A stretch of 64,000 nucleotides of DNA from NCBI RefSeq assembly GCF_046119375.1, contig NW_027362772.1:288238001-288302000 (forward strand), written 5' to 3'. Every line of letters begins with the position of its first letter. Position 1 is the first letter of the stretch. Of the stretch, positions 1 through 14,730 are shown one piece after another. The position numbers and the translations under genes are program-made. This stretch comes from Phyllobates terribilis. Lineage: Eukaryota. The notes beneath the pieces were generated by a model. That model was given only the letters and a program-made list of their open reading frames with translations, was not told where the DNA came from and made no database searches.

Positions 1-173
1 TAGGGACTTTATTGGCCACGCGTTTAAGGGTTGATCCATCCCCTTTAAGGGTAACCGCCGTATTATACTGTACATCGGTCATTGCATGGTGTATACCTAA
101 ATATACATGTAGTGTAAACGTTTTAGGCAAACATGTGGCAAAGTAAGAATGCTTTCAAAAATAGAAGTGTGAA

Positions 174-592
174 AGGAAACTGTCAGCAGGTTATTGCCGC
201 GTAATCCGAGAGCAGAAACTCAAATTCCAGCGATGTGTCACTTACTGGGCTGCTTGCTGTAGTTTTGATAAAATTACTGTTTTATCAGCAGGAGATTATC
301 ACTAGAGGACTAGTAAACCTGCTGCCAGGTAGTCCTTCATAGTCATCAAGCTCTGTATTGGCAGTTTCTGTGTACGCTATGCATAGGCAGAAAGCTGCCA
401 ATCAGTGGTGTGGGCAGGGTTATACAGGGCTCAGCATTCAGAGAACTGGTAGATCGGCAGTAGAGAAAAGAGTGAGTTTATTAAAATGATAGCAAGCAGC
501 CCAGTAGGTAACATATCGCTGGAATCAGGGTCTCTTCCCCTACATCATACTGCTGTCAGATGGGGGAGCAAAAATCTGGTGACAGATTCCCT
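174..592. mobile_element. Short non-autonomous DNA transposon (T2/Kolobok-type MITE, TTAA target)
   Basis: Imperfect terminal inverted repeats: left (tgaa)AGGAAACTGTCAGCA; right TGGTGACAGATTCCCT(ttaa). No coding capacity. Confidence 0.5.
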
Positions 593-1299
593 TTAATACC
601 TTATTTTCATCTATTAACAAAATGCAAAGTGAATAATGAACAAAAGAGAAATGTACAGTAAATCCCATCAATATTCGGAGTAACCGTCCTTTGAAAGCAT
701 CTATTCTGCTAATTACACTTATCCATCATGTAACACATCAGGCAGGGGCTGACACTGACTGCTTGGGGCCCCTGTGCAAGAAATGTGTCTGGGGCCCCCA
801 CCTTTTATGGCGACAAAGCTACAGATGTATATATAGCCACACACATATATACCTCTTACATAGCCTCCTTTATTATGTATATTGCCATCCCTTATTACAC
901 AGTGCCCTCTCTTGTTATGTACAGCACCGTCCCTTACATATTGGGTTATCTATAGCTCCCTGTTCTTTATTACATACCGTCCTCTCTTGTTACATATATA
1001 ATGCAATGACTTCTGATGGCACAAGGGAAAGCTTCTTTTCTGATGGAGGAGTTGATGGACGGGTCTTCTGGTCACCGACTGCTCCATCAGCAGTCATTTT
1101 ATATGTAACAAGAGACAACTATGTAATAAAAGAGGGCGCTGTGACTGACAAAAATAACAAGAATACGCTATGTAAGGGACAGCACTGTACATAGCAGAGG
1201 AAGCTATATAATAAGAGACGGCCCCATATAGAACTAGAGAGGATGGTACGTAATAAGGGAGGGTGTTATACATAATAAAATATGAAACTATATAACTAA

Positions 1300-1690
1300 G
1301 GACGGCGCTATACATAATATGTGAGTACACTGTATACTAAGGGACTGTGCTATACGTAATAAGTGAGTACAGTATATATTAAGGGACTGTGCTATACATA
1401 ATAAGTGAGTACAGTATATACTAAGGGACTGTGCTATACATAAGTGAGTACACTGTATACTAAGGGACTGTGCTATACGTAATAAGTGAGTACAGTATAT
1501 ACTAAGGGACTGTGCTATACATAATAAGTGAGTACAGTATATACTAAGGGACTGTGCTATACATAAGTGAGTACAGTATATACTAAGGGACTGTGCTATA
1601 CATAATAAGTGAGTACACTATAAATTAAGGGACTGTGCTATATATAATAAGTGAGTACACTATATACTAAGGGAATGTGCCATACACAAT
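1300..1690. repeat. 42-bp minisatellite (AAGGGACTGTGCTATACATAATAAGTGAGTACAGTATATACT), about 8-9 copies
   Basis: Direct tandem repetition read from the sequence. Confidence 0.9.
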
Positions 1691-1692
1691 AA

Positions 1693-3588
<1,896 letters not shown>

Positions 3589-3974
3589 AAGGGATTTTAC
3601 ATGTAACATTACCATTCCATGTCCCATAGTGAAGATACAGAATAATATTTACATCCAGGCACTTACCGCAGACGTGTCATCTGATCAGAGCCGGTTTCTG
3701 CTGCTTCTTCTCTATCTGGTCAGACCTTCATGTCGACATCTCCCAGCCACGACTCATCTTGTCACGATGATCTCCTGCCTAGAAAATAACAAGGTCACAT
3801 ACAGTACAGACCAAAAGTTTGGACACACCTTCTCATTTAAAGACTTTTCTGTATTTTCATGACTATGAAAATTGTACATTCACACTGAAGGCATCAAAAC
3901 TATGAATTAACACATGTGGAATTATATACGTAACAAAAAAGTGTGAAACAACTGAAAATATGTCTTATATTCTA

Positions 3975-5544
3975 CAGTCATGGCCAAAAGTGTTGAGAAT
4001 GAGACAAATAGTAATTTTTCCAAAGTTTACTGCTTCATTTTTTGTAATGGCAATTTGCATATACTCCTGAATGTCAAAGAGTGATCAGCTTAACAGCAAT
4101 TACTGTACTTGCAAAGTCAATATTTGCCCAGAAAATGAACTTTAACCCCCAAAACACATTTCAACATCATTGCAGTCCTGCCTTAAAAGGAGCAGCTAAC
4201 ATCGTTTTAGTGATTGATCCATTAACACAGGTGTGGGTGTTGATGAGGACAGGGCTGGTGATCAATCAGTCATGATTAAGTAAGAATGACATCACTGGAC
4301 ACTTTAAAAGGAGGCTGGTTCTTGGTATCATTGTTTCTCTTCAGTTAACCATGGTTATCTCTAAAGAAACACGTGCAGCCATCATTGCACTGCACAAAAA
4401 TGGCCTAACAGGGAAGAGTATCGCAGCTACAAAGATTGCACCTCAGTCAACAATCTATCGCATCATCAAGAACTTCAAGGAGAGAGCTTCCATTGTTGTC
4501 AAAAAGGCTCCAGGGCACCCAAGAAAGACCAGCAAGCGCCAGGACCGTATCTTAAAACTGTTTCAGCTGCGGGATGGGACTACCAGCAGTGCCGAGCTTG
4601 CTCAGGAATGGCAGCAGGCTGGTGTGAGTGCTTCTGCACGCACTGTGAGGCGGAGACTCTTTGAGCAAGGGCTGGTTTCAAGGAGGGCAGCAAAGAAGCC
4701 ACTTCTCTCCAGAAAAAACATCAGGGACCGACTGATATTCTGCAAAAGGTACAGGGAGTGGACTGCTGAGGACTGGGGCAAAGTCATTTTCTCTCATGAA
4801 TCCACTTTTCGATTGTTTGGGACATCTGGAAAACAGCTTATTCGGAGAAGAAGAGGTGAGCGCTACCACCAGTCTTGTCTCATGCCAACTGTAAAGCATC
4901 CTGAAACCATTCATGTGTGGGGTTGCTTCTCAGCCAAGGGAATCGGCTCACTCACAGTCTTGCCTAAAAACACAGCCATGAATAAAGAATGGTACCAGAA
5001 TGTCCTCCAAGAGCAACTTCTCCCAACCTTCCAAGAGCAGTTTGGCACCCAACAATGCCTTTTCCAGCATGATGGAGCACCTTGCCATAAAGCAAAGGTG
5101 ATAACTAAATGGCTCATGGAACAAAACATAGAGATTTTGGGTCCATGGCCTGGAAACTCCCCAGATCTTAATCCCATTGAGAACTTGTGGTCAATCATCA
5201 AGAGACGGGTGGACAAACAAAAACCAACAAATTCTGGCAAAATGCAAGCATTGATTATGCAAGAATGGACTGCTATCAGTCAGGATTTGGTCCAAAAGTT
5301 GATTGAGAGCATGCCAGGGAGAATTACAGAGGTCTTGAAGAAGAAGGGGCAACACTGCAAATATTGACTTGCTGCATTAACTCATTCTAACTGTCAATAT
5401 AACTTATTGGTACTCATAATATGATTGCAATTATATTTCTGTATGTGATATAAACATCAGACAAACACTAATAAAAACCAGAGGCCCGCAGATCATGTGA
5501 AAATATAATTTTGGTGTCATTCTCAAAACTTTTGGCCATGACTG
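3975..5544 (+). mobile_element. Tc1-like DD35E (Traveler-type) transposon, full length, nested
   Basis: About 30-bp TIRs CAGTCATGGCCAAAAGT(G/T)TTGAGAATGA. TA duplicated at 3973-74 and 5545-46 within the host sequence ttcTAggttc, which is uninterrupted in the other host copies. Confidence 0.95.
4351..5367 (+). CDS. Tc1 transposase, 338 aa, open frame; first catalytic Asp replaced by His (FSHES)
   Basis: Paired/HTH-like N-terminus, GRPR-like PGHPRK, HVWGCFS, FQHDGAPCH...WPGNSPDLNPIE with 35 residues between D and E. Confidence 0.9.
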   Translation: MVISKETRAAIIALHKNGLTGKSIAATKIAPQSTIYRIIKNFKERASIVVKKAPGHPRKTSKRQDRILKLFQLRDGTTSSAELAQEWQQAGVSASARTVRRRLFEQGLVSRRAAKKPLLSRKNIRDRLIFCKRYREWTAEDWGKVIFSHESTFRLFGTSGKQLIRRRRGERYHQSCLMPTVKHPETIHVWGCFSAKGIGSLTVLPKNTAMNKEWYQNVLQEQLLPTFQEQFGTQQCLFQHDGAPCHKAKVITKWLMEQNIEILGPWPGNSPDLNPIENLWSIIKRRVDKQKPTNSGKMQALIMQEWTAISQDLVQKLIESMPGRITEVLKKKGQHCKY

Positions 5545-7231
5545 TAGGTTCTTCAAAGTAGCCACCTTTTGTTTTGATGACTGCTTTGCACACTCTTGGC
5601 ATTCTCTTGATGAGCTTCAAGAGATAGTCACCAGAAATGGTTTTCACTTCACAGGTGTGCCCTGTCAGGTTTAATAAGTGGGATTTCTTGCCTTATAAAT
5701 GGGGTTGGGACCATCAGTTGTGTTGTGCAGAAGTCTGGTGGATACACAGCTGATAGTCCTACTGAATAGACTGTTAGAATTTGTATTATGGCAAGAAAAA
5801 AGCAGCTCAGTAAAGAAAAACGAGTGGCCATCATTACTTTAAGAAATGAAGGTCAGTCAGTGCGAAAAATTGGGAAAACTTTGAAAGTGTCCCCAAGTGC
5901 AGTTGGAAAAAGCGCTACAAAGAAACTGGCTCACAGGAGGACCGCCCCAGGAAAGGAAGACCAAGAGTAACCTCTGCTTCTGAGGATAAGTTTATCCGAG
6001 TCACCAGCCTCAGAAATCGCAGGTTAACAGCAGCTCAGATTAGAGACCAGGTCAATGCCACACAGAGTTCTAGCAGCAGACACATCTCTACAACAACTGT
6101 TAAGAGGAGACTTTGTGCAGCAGGCCTTCATGGTAAAATAGCTGCTAGGAAACCACTGCTAAGGACAGGCAACAAGCAAAAGAGACTTGTTTGGGCTAAA
6201 GAAAACAAGGAATGGACATTAGACGAGTGGAAATCTGTGCTTTGGTCTGATGAGTCCAAATTTGAGATCTTGGGTTCCAACCACCGTGTCTTTGTGTGAC
6301 ACAGAAAAGGTGAACGGATGGACTCTACATGCCTGGTTCCCACCATGAAGCATGGAGGAGGAGGTGTGATGGTGTGGGGGTGCTTTGCTGGTAACACTGT
6401 TGGGGATTTATTCAAAATTGAAGGCATACTGAACCAGCATGGCTACCACAGCATCTTGCAGCGGCATGCTATTCCATCCGGTTTACGTTTAGCTGGACCA
6501 TCATTTATTTTTCAACAGGACAATGACCCCAAACACACCTCCAGGCTGTGAAAGGGCTATTTGACCAAGAAGGAGAGTGATGGGGTGCTGGCCTCCACCG
6601 TCACCAGACCTGAACCCAATCGAGATGGTTTGGGGTGAGCTGGACTGCAGAGTGAAGGCGAAGGGGCCAACAAGTGCTAAGCATCTCTGGGAACTCCTTC
6701 AAGATGGTTGGAAGACCATTTCCGGTGACTACCTCTTGAAGCTCATCAAGAGAATGCCAAGAGTGTGCAAAGCAGTCATCAAAGCAAAAGGTGGCTACTT
6801 TGAAGAACCTAGAATATAAGACATATTTTCAGTTGTTTCACACTTTTTTGTTAAGTATACAATTCCACATGTGTTAATTCATAGTTTTGATGCCTTCAGT
6901 GCGAATGTACAATTTTCATAGTCATGAAAATACAGAAAAATCTTTAAATGAGGTGTGTCCAAACTTTTGGTCTGTACTGTATATTATATATATACCTGTG
7001 TTTCACCCGCACTGCGCCCCTTACTACAGATATGTAACCCCCCCCCCCCCATTAATATACTATTAGCCACTTAGTAATCAAAATAAAGTGATAAGTAGCA
7101 CTGTGCCCCGCATTAACTATAATCTGCACCGGCCAACAATATAAATTATTCAGTCTCTGTGACTCTCCCCAATTAACTGTAATGTGAACACAAAAAATAT
7201 ACAAGACTTTACAGTACAAGCAAAGTGAAAC

Positions 7232-8310
7232 CCCCATCACTGCTCTCTCCCAGCATCCCTATCATTGCTCAGTCCCAGCACCCTCGTCATTGCTCTCTCC
7301 CAGCATCCCCGTCATTGCTCAGTCCCAGCACATCCATCATTGCTCTCTCCCAGCACCCCCATCATTGCTCTGTCCCAGCACCCCCATCATTGCTCTGCCC
7401 CAGCACCCCCATCCTCATCATTACTCTCCCATTCACCACCATCCCATCATTGCTCTCCCCATCCCATCATTGCTCTCCCCATCCACATCATTGCTCTCCC
7501 CAGCCCCAGCATTGCTCTCCACAGCCTCCCCTCGTTGCTCTCCCCAGCCTCCCCTCGTTGCTCTCCCCAGCCTCCCCTCATTGCTCTCCCCAGCCTCCTC
7601 TCGTTGCTCTCCCCAGACTCCCCTCGTTGCTCTCCCCAGTCTCCTCTCATTGCTCTCCTCAGCCTCCTCTCGTTGCTCTCCCCAGACTCCCCTCGTTGCT
7701 CTCCCCAGCCTCCTCTCATTGCTCTCCTCAGCCTCCTCTTGTTGCTCTCCCAGCCTTCTCTCATTGCGCTCCCCAGCCTCCCCACATTGCTCTCCCCAGC
7801 CTCCTCTCATTGCTCTCCCCAGCCTCCCCACATTGCTCTCCCCAGCCTCCTCTCATTGCTCTCCCCAGCTTCCTCTCGTTGCTCTCCCCAGCCTCCTCTC
7901 GTTGCTCTCCCCAGCCTCCTCTCGTTGCTCTCCCCAGCCTTCTCTCGTTGCTCTCCCCAGCCTCCCCTCATTGCTCTCTCCTGCCTCCCCACATTGCTCT
8001 CCCAAGCCTCCTCTCATTGCTCTCCCCAGCCTCCTCTCATTGCTCTCCTCAGCCTCCTCTCATTGCTTTCCTCAGCCTCCTCTCATTGCTCTCCCCAGCC
8101 TCCTCTCATTGCTCTCCCCAGCCTTCCCTCATTGCTCTCCCCAGCCTCCCCTCATTGCTCTCCCCAGCCTCCCCTCATTGCTCTCCCCATCCTCCCCTCA
8201 TTGCTCTCTCCAGCCTCTCCACATTGCTCTCTCCAGCCTCCCCACATTGCTCTCCCCAGCCATCCCTCATTGCTCTCCCCAGCCTTCTCTCATTGCTCTC
8301 CCCAGCCCCC
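7232..8310. repeat. Pyrimidine-rich ~23-bp minisatellite (CCCCAGCCTCCTCTCATTGCTCT)
   Basis: More than 40 degenerate tandem units; this explains the ORFs open in all three + frames. Confidence 0.92.
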
Positions 8311-8775
8311 CTTCATTCTCCTGTACCTCTCCCCAGGTTCCCCAGACTCAGTTAAAAAAATAAAAAGCACAACTTACCTCAGCTCACTCCCCTGCAGCAT
8401 CCTCCTTGTCTCCGGTAACTTTCTCCCTGACACACAGGCCCGCGCTGCATGATGATGTCATCAAGCAGGCGGGCTTGTGTCAGGGAGGAAGCGCTGAGCA
8501 GCCAGGAAGGAGAGGTGAGGATGGATCCCTGCAGCTTCGCTGCCATTTTCCTCCTGATGGCAGCAGAGCTGCAGGGATCGCTCCCTGCCCACAGCATATG
8601 ATGAGGGCAATCTGCCCATGGGCCCCCTAGAGCCTGGGGCTCTGAGAAGCAGGCCAGATTGCCCTCATTATCAGCCGCCCGGCAAGGGCCCCCCTGAACT
8701 GCCAGGCCCCAATGCAGTTGCACCGGCGGTAGGTCAGCCCCTGACATCAGGAGGCATCTGATCGGCTGCATATGT

Positions 8776-9354
8776 ATTCTGCAGCTGGACAATGATTCCC
8801 AACATTCAGACAATGTCTCTAAGAACGAGGAGTCCTAGAAGTGATGATCCGGCCCCATAGCCCTGATCTCACATCATCCAATCTGTCTGGCATCACATGA
8901 AGAGACAGAAGGATTCGCACAAGCCTCATACACAGAAGATCTGCGGCCAGTTCTCCAAGATGTTTGGAACAATCTCCTGCTGAGTCTCTTCAAATACTGT
9001 GTGCAAGTGACGAGAAGAAGTGATGGAGGTGACGGACGGTCACCAGATACTGATGATGGAGGGGACGGGCGGTCACCAGATACTGATGATGGAGGGGACG
9101 GGCGGTCACCAGATACTGATGATGGAGGCGACGGGTGATCACCAGATACTGATGATGGAGGCGACGGGCAGTCACCCGATGCTGATGATGGAGGTGACAG
9201 GTGGTCTCCAGATACTGATGGGATTTAGATTTCTGTTCAATCACTTTTCATTTTGTTAATTGCTAAAAATAAAGTATTATTCCTTCTATTTTGTAAAGCA
9301 TTCCTACATTGCAGCATTTGTTCCACATCTGCGCCAAACCTTTGCACAGCGCTG
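8776..9354 (+). mobile_element. Degraded 3' remnant of another Tc1-like element containing a 33-bp minisatellite
   Basis: Frameshifted translation resembles ILQ.DND..H ... GVLEVM.. PDL..I.SVW.HMKRQK ... VLQDVWNNL. It ends in a TIR-like CCTTTGCACAGCGCTG. Confidence 0.65.
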
Positions 9355-10689
9355 TTCTTGCACCTGCTGTACATGTACATTCACTGGAGTCTCTGTCTGT
9401 TTCGGTGTCTGCGTAAATAAATGAGAACCTGTGTGATCCGTGAGTCCCACCGTCATTGCCAGGGAAGCGAAACAAAAGCAGATCAAGCCGTTTGCTTTAG
9501 CAGCACCAGGGACAATAACGAGACTATGAACACTGGCAGGGAAATGGGACATTTGGCCCGACACCTGCATTCCTACCATTTACAGAAGAAAAGAGGGGCT
9601 CCAGTCTGGATCTTTAACATGCTCAGTCAATTATCATTTCTGCTTAGAAAGCATGGCACGGGGGCATCGAGGCCGGCCACATGGGCTCACATGGGATCGG
9701 ACTTGGCTCTCTGATGAAAGGCTGTAACATTAAATAATATAACCCAACTCATCCAGGAGCGCTTGCAGAATTCGACATATTTGGAGCTAACACTAAATGG
9801 TAAAATACACAGAATCTTATTAATATCTTACTCCCAGGTTCCCGAAGTCTCAGCTTTTTAGTTATATCTCACTTTTCATACTTTTGGCTTACCGAATGCA
9901 CTTTAATGGCAGCAGGGTGACTTTGTTAAAAGTTTACACTTTGCGCAGTAAACGCAGTCTTCGCGCTGCGGGTTACGTCACTCTTGTTTTTCCAGAACAA
10001 GCGGTGTAAACAGGGATCCAATAAGGGACACGAGGATACGGCAGCGTACGGAGGCAGGACTGCTCTAACATCGCTTGTCCTCTAAAGAATGCAAAGTCAT
10101 CTCAATAAAATGTCACTGCCCCGGCCCGGTCTGTGCCAGCGGACAATCGGAGCCCAAACAGCTGCCTGACTATTTATACCCTCTGCTCCGCAGCAGTTAC
10201 TGGGCCAAACAGACAAGAAGCTCGTGTCAAGGGAAGCAAAAGGATTTGCAGATGGACGCAGGATGAATACTTCTCCCAATATGTAACAGACTGAACTGTA
10301 ATTATTTATTGCAATGACAAAATACATCTGATCGTGCAATAAACTTACAATGCACACTGTTGTTTCAACACACTGGGGGGAAATTAAAAGTACAGGCGAA
10401 TTTAAGAAACTTTATAACATATCTTATCAAATAAATTTGCTTATTTCTCATCTATCCCAGCACCTCCTGAACTCTTCATCCACTCTGAAATCTGCTAAAA
10501 TGTGTCTTGCTCAAAGCAAGACGTACTGCGAGATAACTGAGGAATCAGGTTACAGCTGCCTATTAAAGTCTATGAAGAAAGTAGAAGGGGGGAGCAAGAA
10601 GGAGGAAAAAGAGTAAGGATAGGGCAGAGAAACACACACAGATTTTGCTGCTGCTTTCTAACAAGTGTCTTATTTCATCCCCGGAGCTG

Positions 10690-12150
10690 GAATCACATAT
10701 ACACTGCTCAGTTCTGCTGTGTAATATTTCTGTTGTATCAGAGCCTGAATCACATCTACACTGCTCACTCTGCTGTATAATATTTATGTTTTGTCAGCAC
10801 CTGAATCACATCTACACTGCTCAGTTCTGCTGTCTAATATTCATGTTGTATCAGAGCCTGAATCATATCTACTCTGCTCACTCTGCTGTATAATATTTAT
10901 GTTTTGTCAGCGCCTGAATCACATCTACACTGCTCAGTTCTGCTGTCTAATATTCATGTTGTATCAGAGCCTGAATCATATCTACTCTGCTCAGTCCTGC
11001 TAATATTTATGTTGTATCAGACCCTGAATCACAGCTACACTGCTCAGCTCTGCTGCCTAATATTCATGTTGTATCAGAGCCTGAATCACATCTACACTGC
11101 TCAGCTCTGCTGTCTAATATTCATGTTGTATTAGAGCCTGAATCACATCTACACTGCTCAGTTCTGCTTTCTAATATTCATGTTGTATCAGACCCTGAAT
11201 CATATCTACACTGATCAGTCCTGCTGTCTAATATTCATGTTGTATCAGACCCTGAATCACATCTACACTGCTCAGCTCTGCTGCCTAATATTCATGTTGT
11301 ATCAGAGCCTGAATCATATCTACACTGATCAGTCCTGCTGTCTAATATTCATGTTGTATCAGACCCTGAATCACATCTACACTGCTCAGCTCTGCTGCCT
11401 AATATTCATGTTGTATCAGACCCTGAATCACAGCTACACTGCTCAGCTTTGCTGTCAAATATTTATGTTGTATCAGACCCTGAATCACATCTACACTGCT
11501 CAGCTCTGCTGTCTAATATTTATGTTGTATCAGACCCTGAATCACATCTACACTGCTCAGTTCTACTGTCTAATATTCATGTTGTATCAGAGCCTGAATC
11601 ATATATACACTGCTCAGTTCTACTGTCTAATATTCATGTTGTATCAGACCCTGAATCACAGCTACACTGCTCAGTTCTGCTGTCTAATATTCATGTTGTA
11701 TCAGACCCTGAATGACATCTACACTGCTCAGTTCTGCTGTCTAATATTCATGTTGTATCAGACCATGAATCACATCTACACTGCTCAGCTCTGCTGTCTA
11801 ATATTTATGTTGTATCAGACCCTGAATCACATCTACACTGCTCAGTTCTACTGTCTAATATTCATGTTGTATCAGAGCCTGAATCATATCTACACTGCTC
11901 AGTCCTGCTGTCTAATATTCATGTTGTATCAGACCCTGAATCACATCTACACTGCTCAGCTCTGCTGCCTAATATTCATGTTGTATCAGAGCCTGAATCA
12001 CATCAACACTGCTCAGCTCTGCTGTCTAATATTCATGTTGTATCAGAGCCTGAATCACATCTACACTGCTCAGTTCTGCTGTCTAATATTCATGTTGTAT
12101 CAGAGCCTGAATCACATCTACACTGCTCAGTTCTGCTGTCTAATATTTAT
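10690..12150. repeat. 57-bp minisatellite, about 25 copies
   Basis: Unit ATCACATCTACACTGCTCAGTTCTGCTGTCTAATATTCATGTTGTATCAGAGCCTGA; source of the 369-aa repeat ORF. Confidence 0.95.
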
Positions 12151-12507
12151 GTTGCTGATGCTTCTGAACATGTTTTATAACAACATTGTAATCCTGTATG
12201 ACAAAAGGATCGGCAGCTTTGTAGTATACTCTTCCTTTAATTTCATATTGTTTTCAAGAGATTCAGTAAATGTGAAAATTCCCGTATAACATCCAGAAGG
12301 AAATCCATGAAATAACCTAGTTAATTAACTAGTCAGACAGGTAGGTTCTTGGCGGCTTCTCCACCTCTGCCAGTGACTGACAGGTCTCTCCCTATAGGCG
12401 CATGCAGGGAGAGACCTGTCAGTTATTGGCAGAGGTGTAGAAGCCAATGTCTTATACGTGCTGCCCGGGGATCAAGCAACATGTATCAGCTGTCAATATC
12501 AATTTAA

Positions 12508-13335
12508 CCCCTTTCCGACCTTGGGCATATGAATACGTCCAATGTCGCATTCCTACACCCCATGCGGGCGCTGGCATTGGGCCCAAATGTTTCTGTTCAA
12601 ATCACCCCCTATTCGTCTCTTCAAAATAAAACAGTAAAAAGAAATAAAAAATACACATATTTTGTATCGCCGCGTTCAGAATTGCCCGATCTATCAATAT
12701 AAAAAAAACAATTAATCTGATCGGTAAACGGCGTATCGAGAAAAAAAAAAGTCAAAACTGCAGAATTACTGTTTTTTGGTCGCCGCAACATTACAATAAA
12801 ATGCAATAAGAGGAGATCAAAACATCGGATCTACCCGAAAATGGTATCACTAAAAACGTTAGTTTGCCGCACAAAAATAAGCCCTCATCTGGCCCCAGAT
12901 CCCAAAAAGTGTAGACACTACAGGTCTCGGAAAATGGCAATTTTTTTTTTTTTTTTGCAATGTTTGGATTTTTTTTCACCACTTAAATAAAAAAGAACCT
13001 ACACATGTCTGGTATCTACAAACTCGTAATGACCTGGAGAATCATTACTGGAAGGTCAGTTTATGCATTTAATAAACATGGTAAAAAAATACCCCAAAAA
13101 ACAATTGTGGAATTGCACTTTTTTTGCAATTTCACTGCACTTTGAATTTTTTTTCCCATTTTCCAGTACATGATATGGTAAAACCAATGGTGTCGTTCAA
13201 ACGTACAAGTCGTTTGGCAAAAAACAAGCCCTGACATGGCCATAGTGATGGAAAAATAGAAAAGTTATGGCTCTGGGAAGAAGGGGAGCAAAAAAAGAAA
13301 ACGCAAAAACAGAAAATGGCCCAGGAGTGAAGGTG
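12508..13335. mobile_element. Non-autonomous DNA transposon with TTAA flanks (Kolobok/T2-like)
   Basis: TTAA at 12504-07 and 13336-39; ends CCCCTTTCCGACC... and ...GAGTGAAGGTG; AT-rich non-coding interior. Confidence 0.5.
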
Positions 13336-14730
13336 TTAAAGGGTTTGTACCTGGTTGGTAAGGCTGAGTTCACATGTTAGTTTGCTCCATTTTAGGAATA
13401 GACACATCGAATGAATTTCCAAACAGATCTGGGTGCTAACTGGAAGCAAAGGGACCGAACTGGTTATTATGGGGTCAGTCTGGTTTACATTTGATTTCAG
13501 CTTTTAGAAAGCAAGATAACGAAAACCAGATGAACCCCAAAATAATCAGTTGAGCCCCTCTGATTCCATTTAGAAACAGAAACAAGTGAACAGAGCCTAC
13601 GTTATAAAGAGGATTGCTGGGGGTCCCATCACTGATGGGATGCCAATGGGACCACCTGTGAACCATTTAAGCATAGCAATTAAAGCAGTGATTGACAGCA
13701 TTTAAATGGTTAAACAGAAGCAATGAGAGCAGCTCCAGTCGCTGGTGTTATAGGCAGATATTGGCTGTATGGCATATACATCTGCACACTAGTGTGGGCT
13801 CAGCACCTGAGCCTGTTGTATACTCCCAGCATCTGACCTGTGACCGAAATGTACATCACAGGTCATTAAGAGGTTAAGATAAAATGTTCCCAGGTGTTAC
13901 TGGATATATTAGATAGTTTTACAAGGGGGGCACATTGGTTTCAGCTTCCCAAAAATCAAGCTACAAGACGATGTCAACAAATGATGCCATGCAAGATATC
14001 CAGGTGTATGGCTGCGTCCCAGGATCTATATATATAAAAAGCCTTTGCAAGAATCCAACATTCCTGTCCCTTTATAGTTGGAGCTGGCACAATGTCCGCT
14101 GCTCGGAGCCAGCGGCTGGAATGGTGACCACATTTTCTGGATATTTATAAATGTGTCTCCAATGAAGTGATCGTTATCTAAGACCCAAGATAATTACAAC
14201 TATTATACCAGTGCAAACCAAATTATTCCCCACTACCCCTATTGCAAATTAGATTTATTAGCAAAATCTACAAACTTTCTGCTGTTTGTGATAAACCAAT
14301 GAAAAAAGAACAACGGAAATCGCTCAACACAACTAATATAACAAGTGGTTTCTCCAAATTCAGCACAAAATGCCACTTTTATTACTACTACTGCAGTCTC
14401 AAGATTATTCAGTATCTTTAGTACTTAGTAAAGCCCCTCTGGCTGTTATGACCTGCTGCCCCTCTGGCTGTTATGACCTGCTGCCCCTCTGGCTGTTATG
14501 ACCTGATGGAAAAAAAATTATGCAAAGCCAGACACAAGCGTCTTGATTCCTGGTCACTAATATTTGTGGGTGGTCCAAAAAAGTTAAGAGGAGAGATTGT
14601 GTGCACAAAGAAGGAAAATATACAAAGTCATTGAATGATCCCAGAGATCCAGCATGAAGCAGATGTCACAAATTCGATCTGGAAGTTACAGAATAAACCA
14701 ATGGTGGTAATTGATAACATATAGCATAGG

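Larger units (their letters stand above)
3802..6979 (+). mobile_element. Tc1-like DD38E (Intruder-type) transposon copy 1, decayed, hosting a nested DD35E element in its left TIR
   Basis: Termini CAGTACAGACCAAAAGTTTGGACACACC ... GTCCAAACTTTTGGTCTGTACTG with TA flanks. Transposase from 5788 (MARKKQLSKEK) to 6819 (GGYFEEPRI) is broken by deletions and stops. Same family as 44186-45807 and 52029-53652. Confidence 0.93.

Noticed and set aside
691-1194. 167-aa ORF
   Set aside because: Non-ATG start, low complexity leading into a minisatellite, no homology recognised.
7225-8452. Three 357-395-aa ORFs on the + strand
   Set aside because: All three frames are open because the 23-bp pyrimidine-rich repeat lacks stops; no domain content.
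11180-12289. 369-aa ORF
   Set aside because: Translation of the 57-bp minisatellite (19-aa unit); no splice or promoter support.
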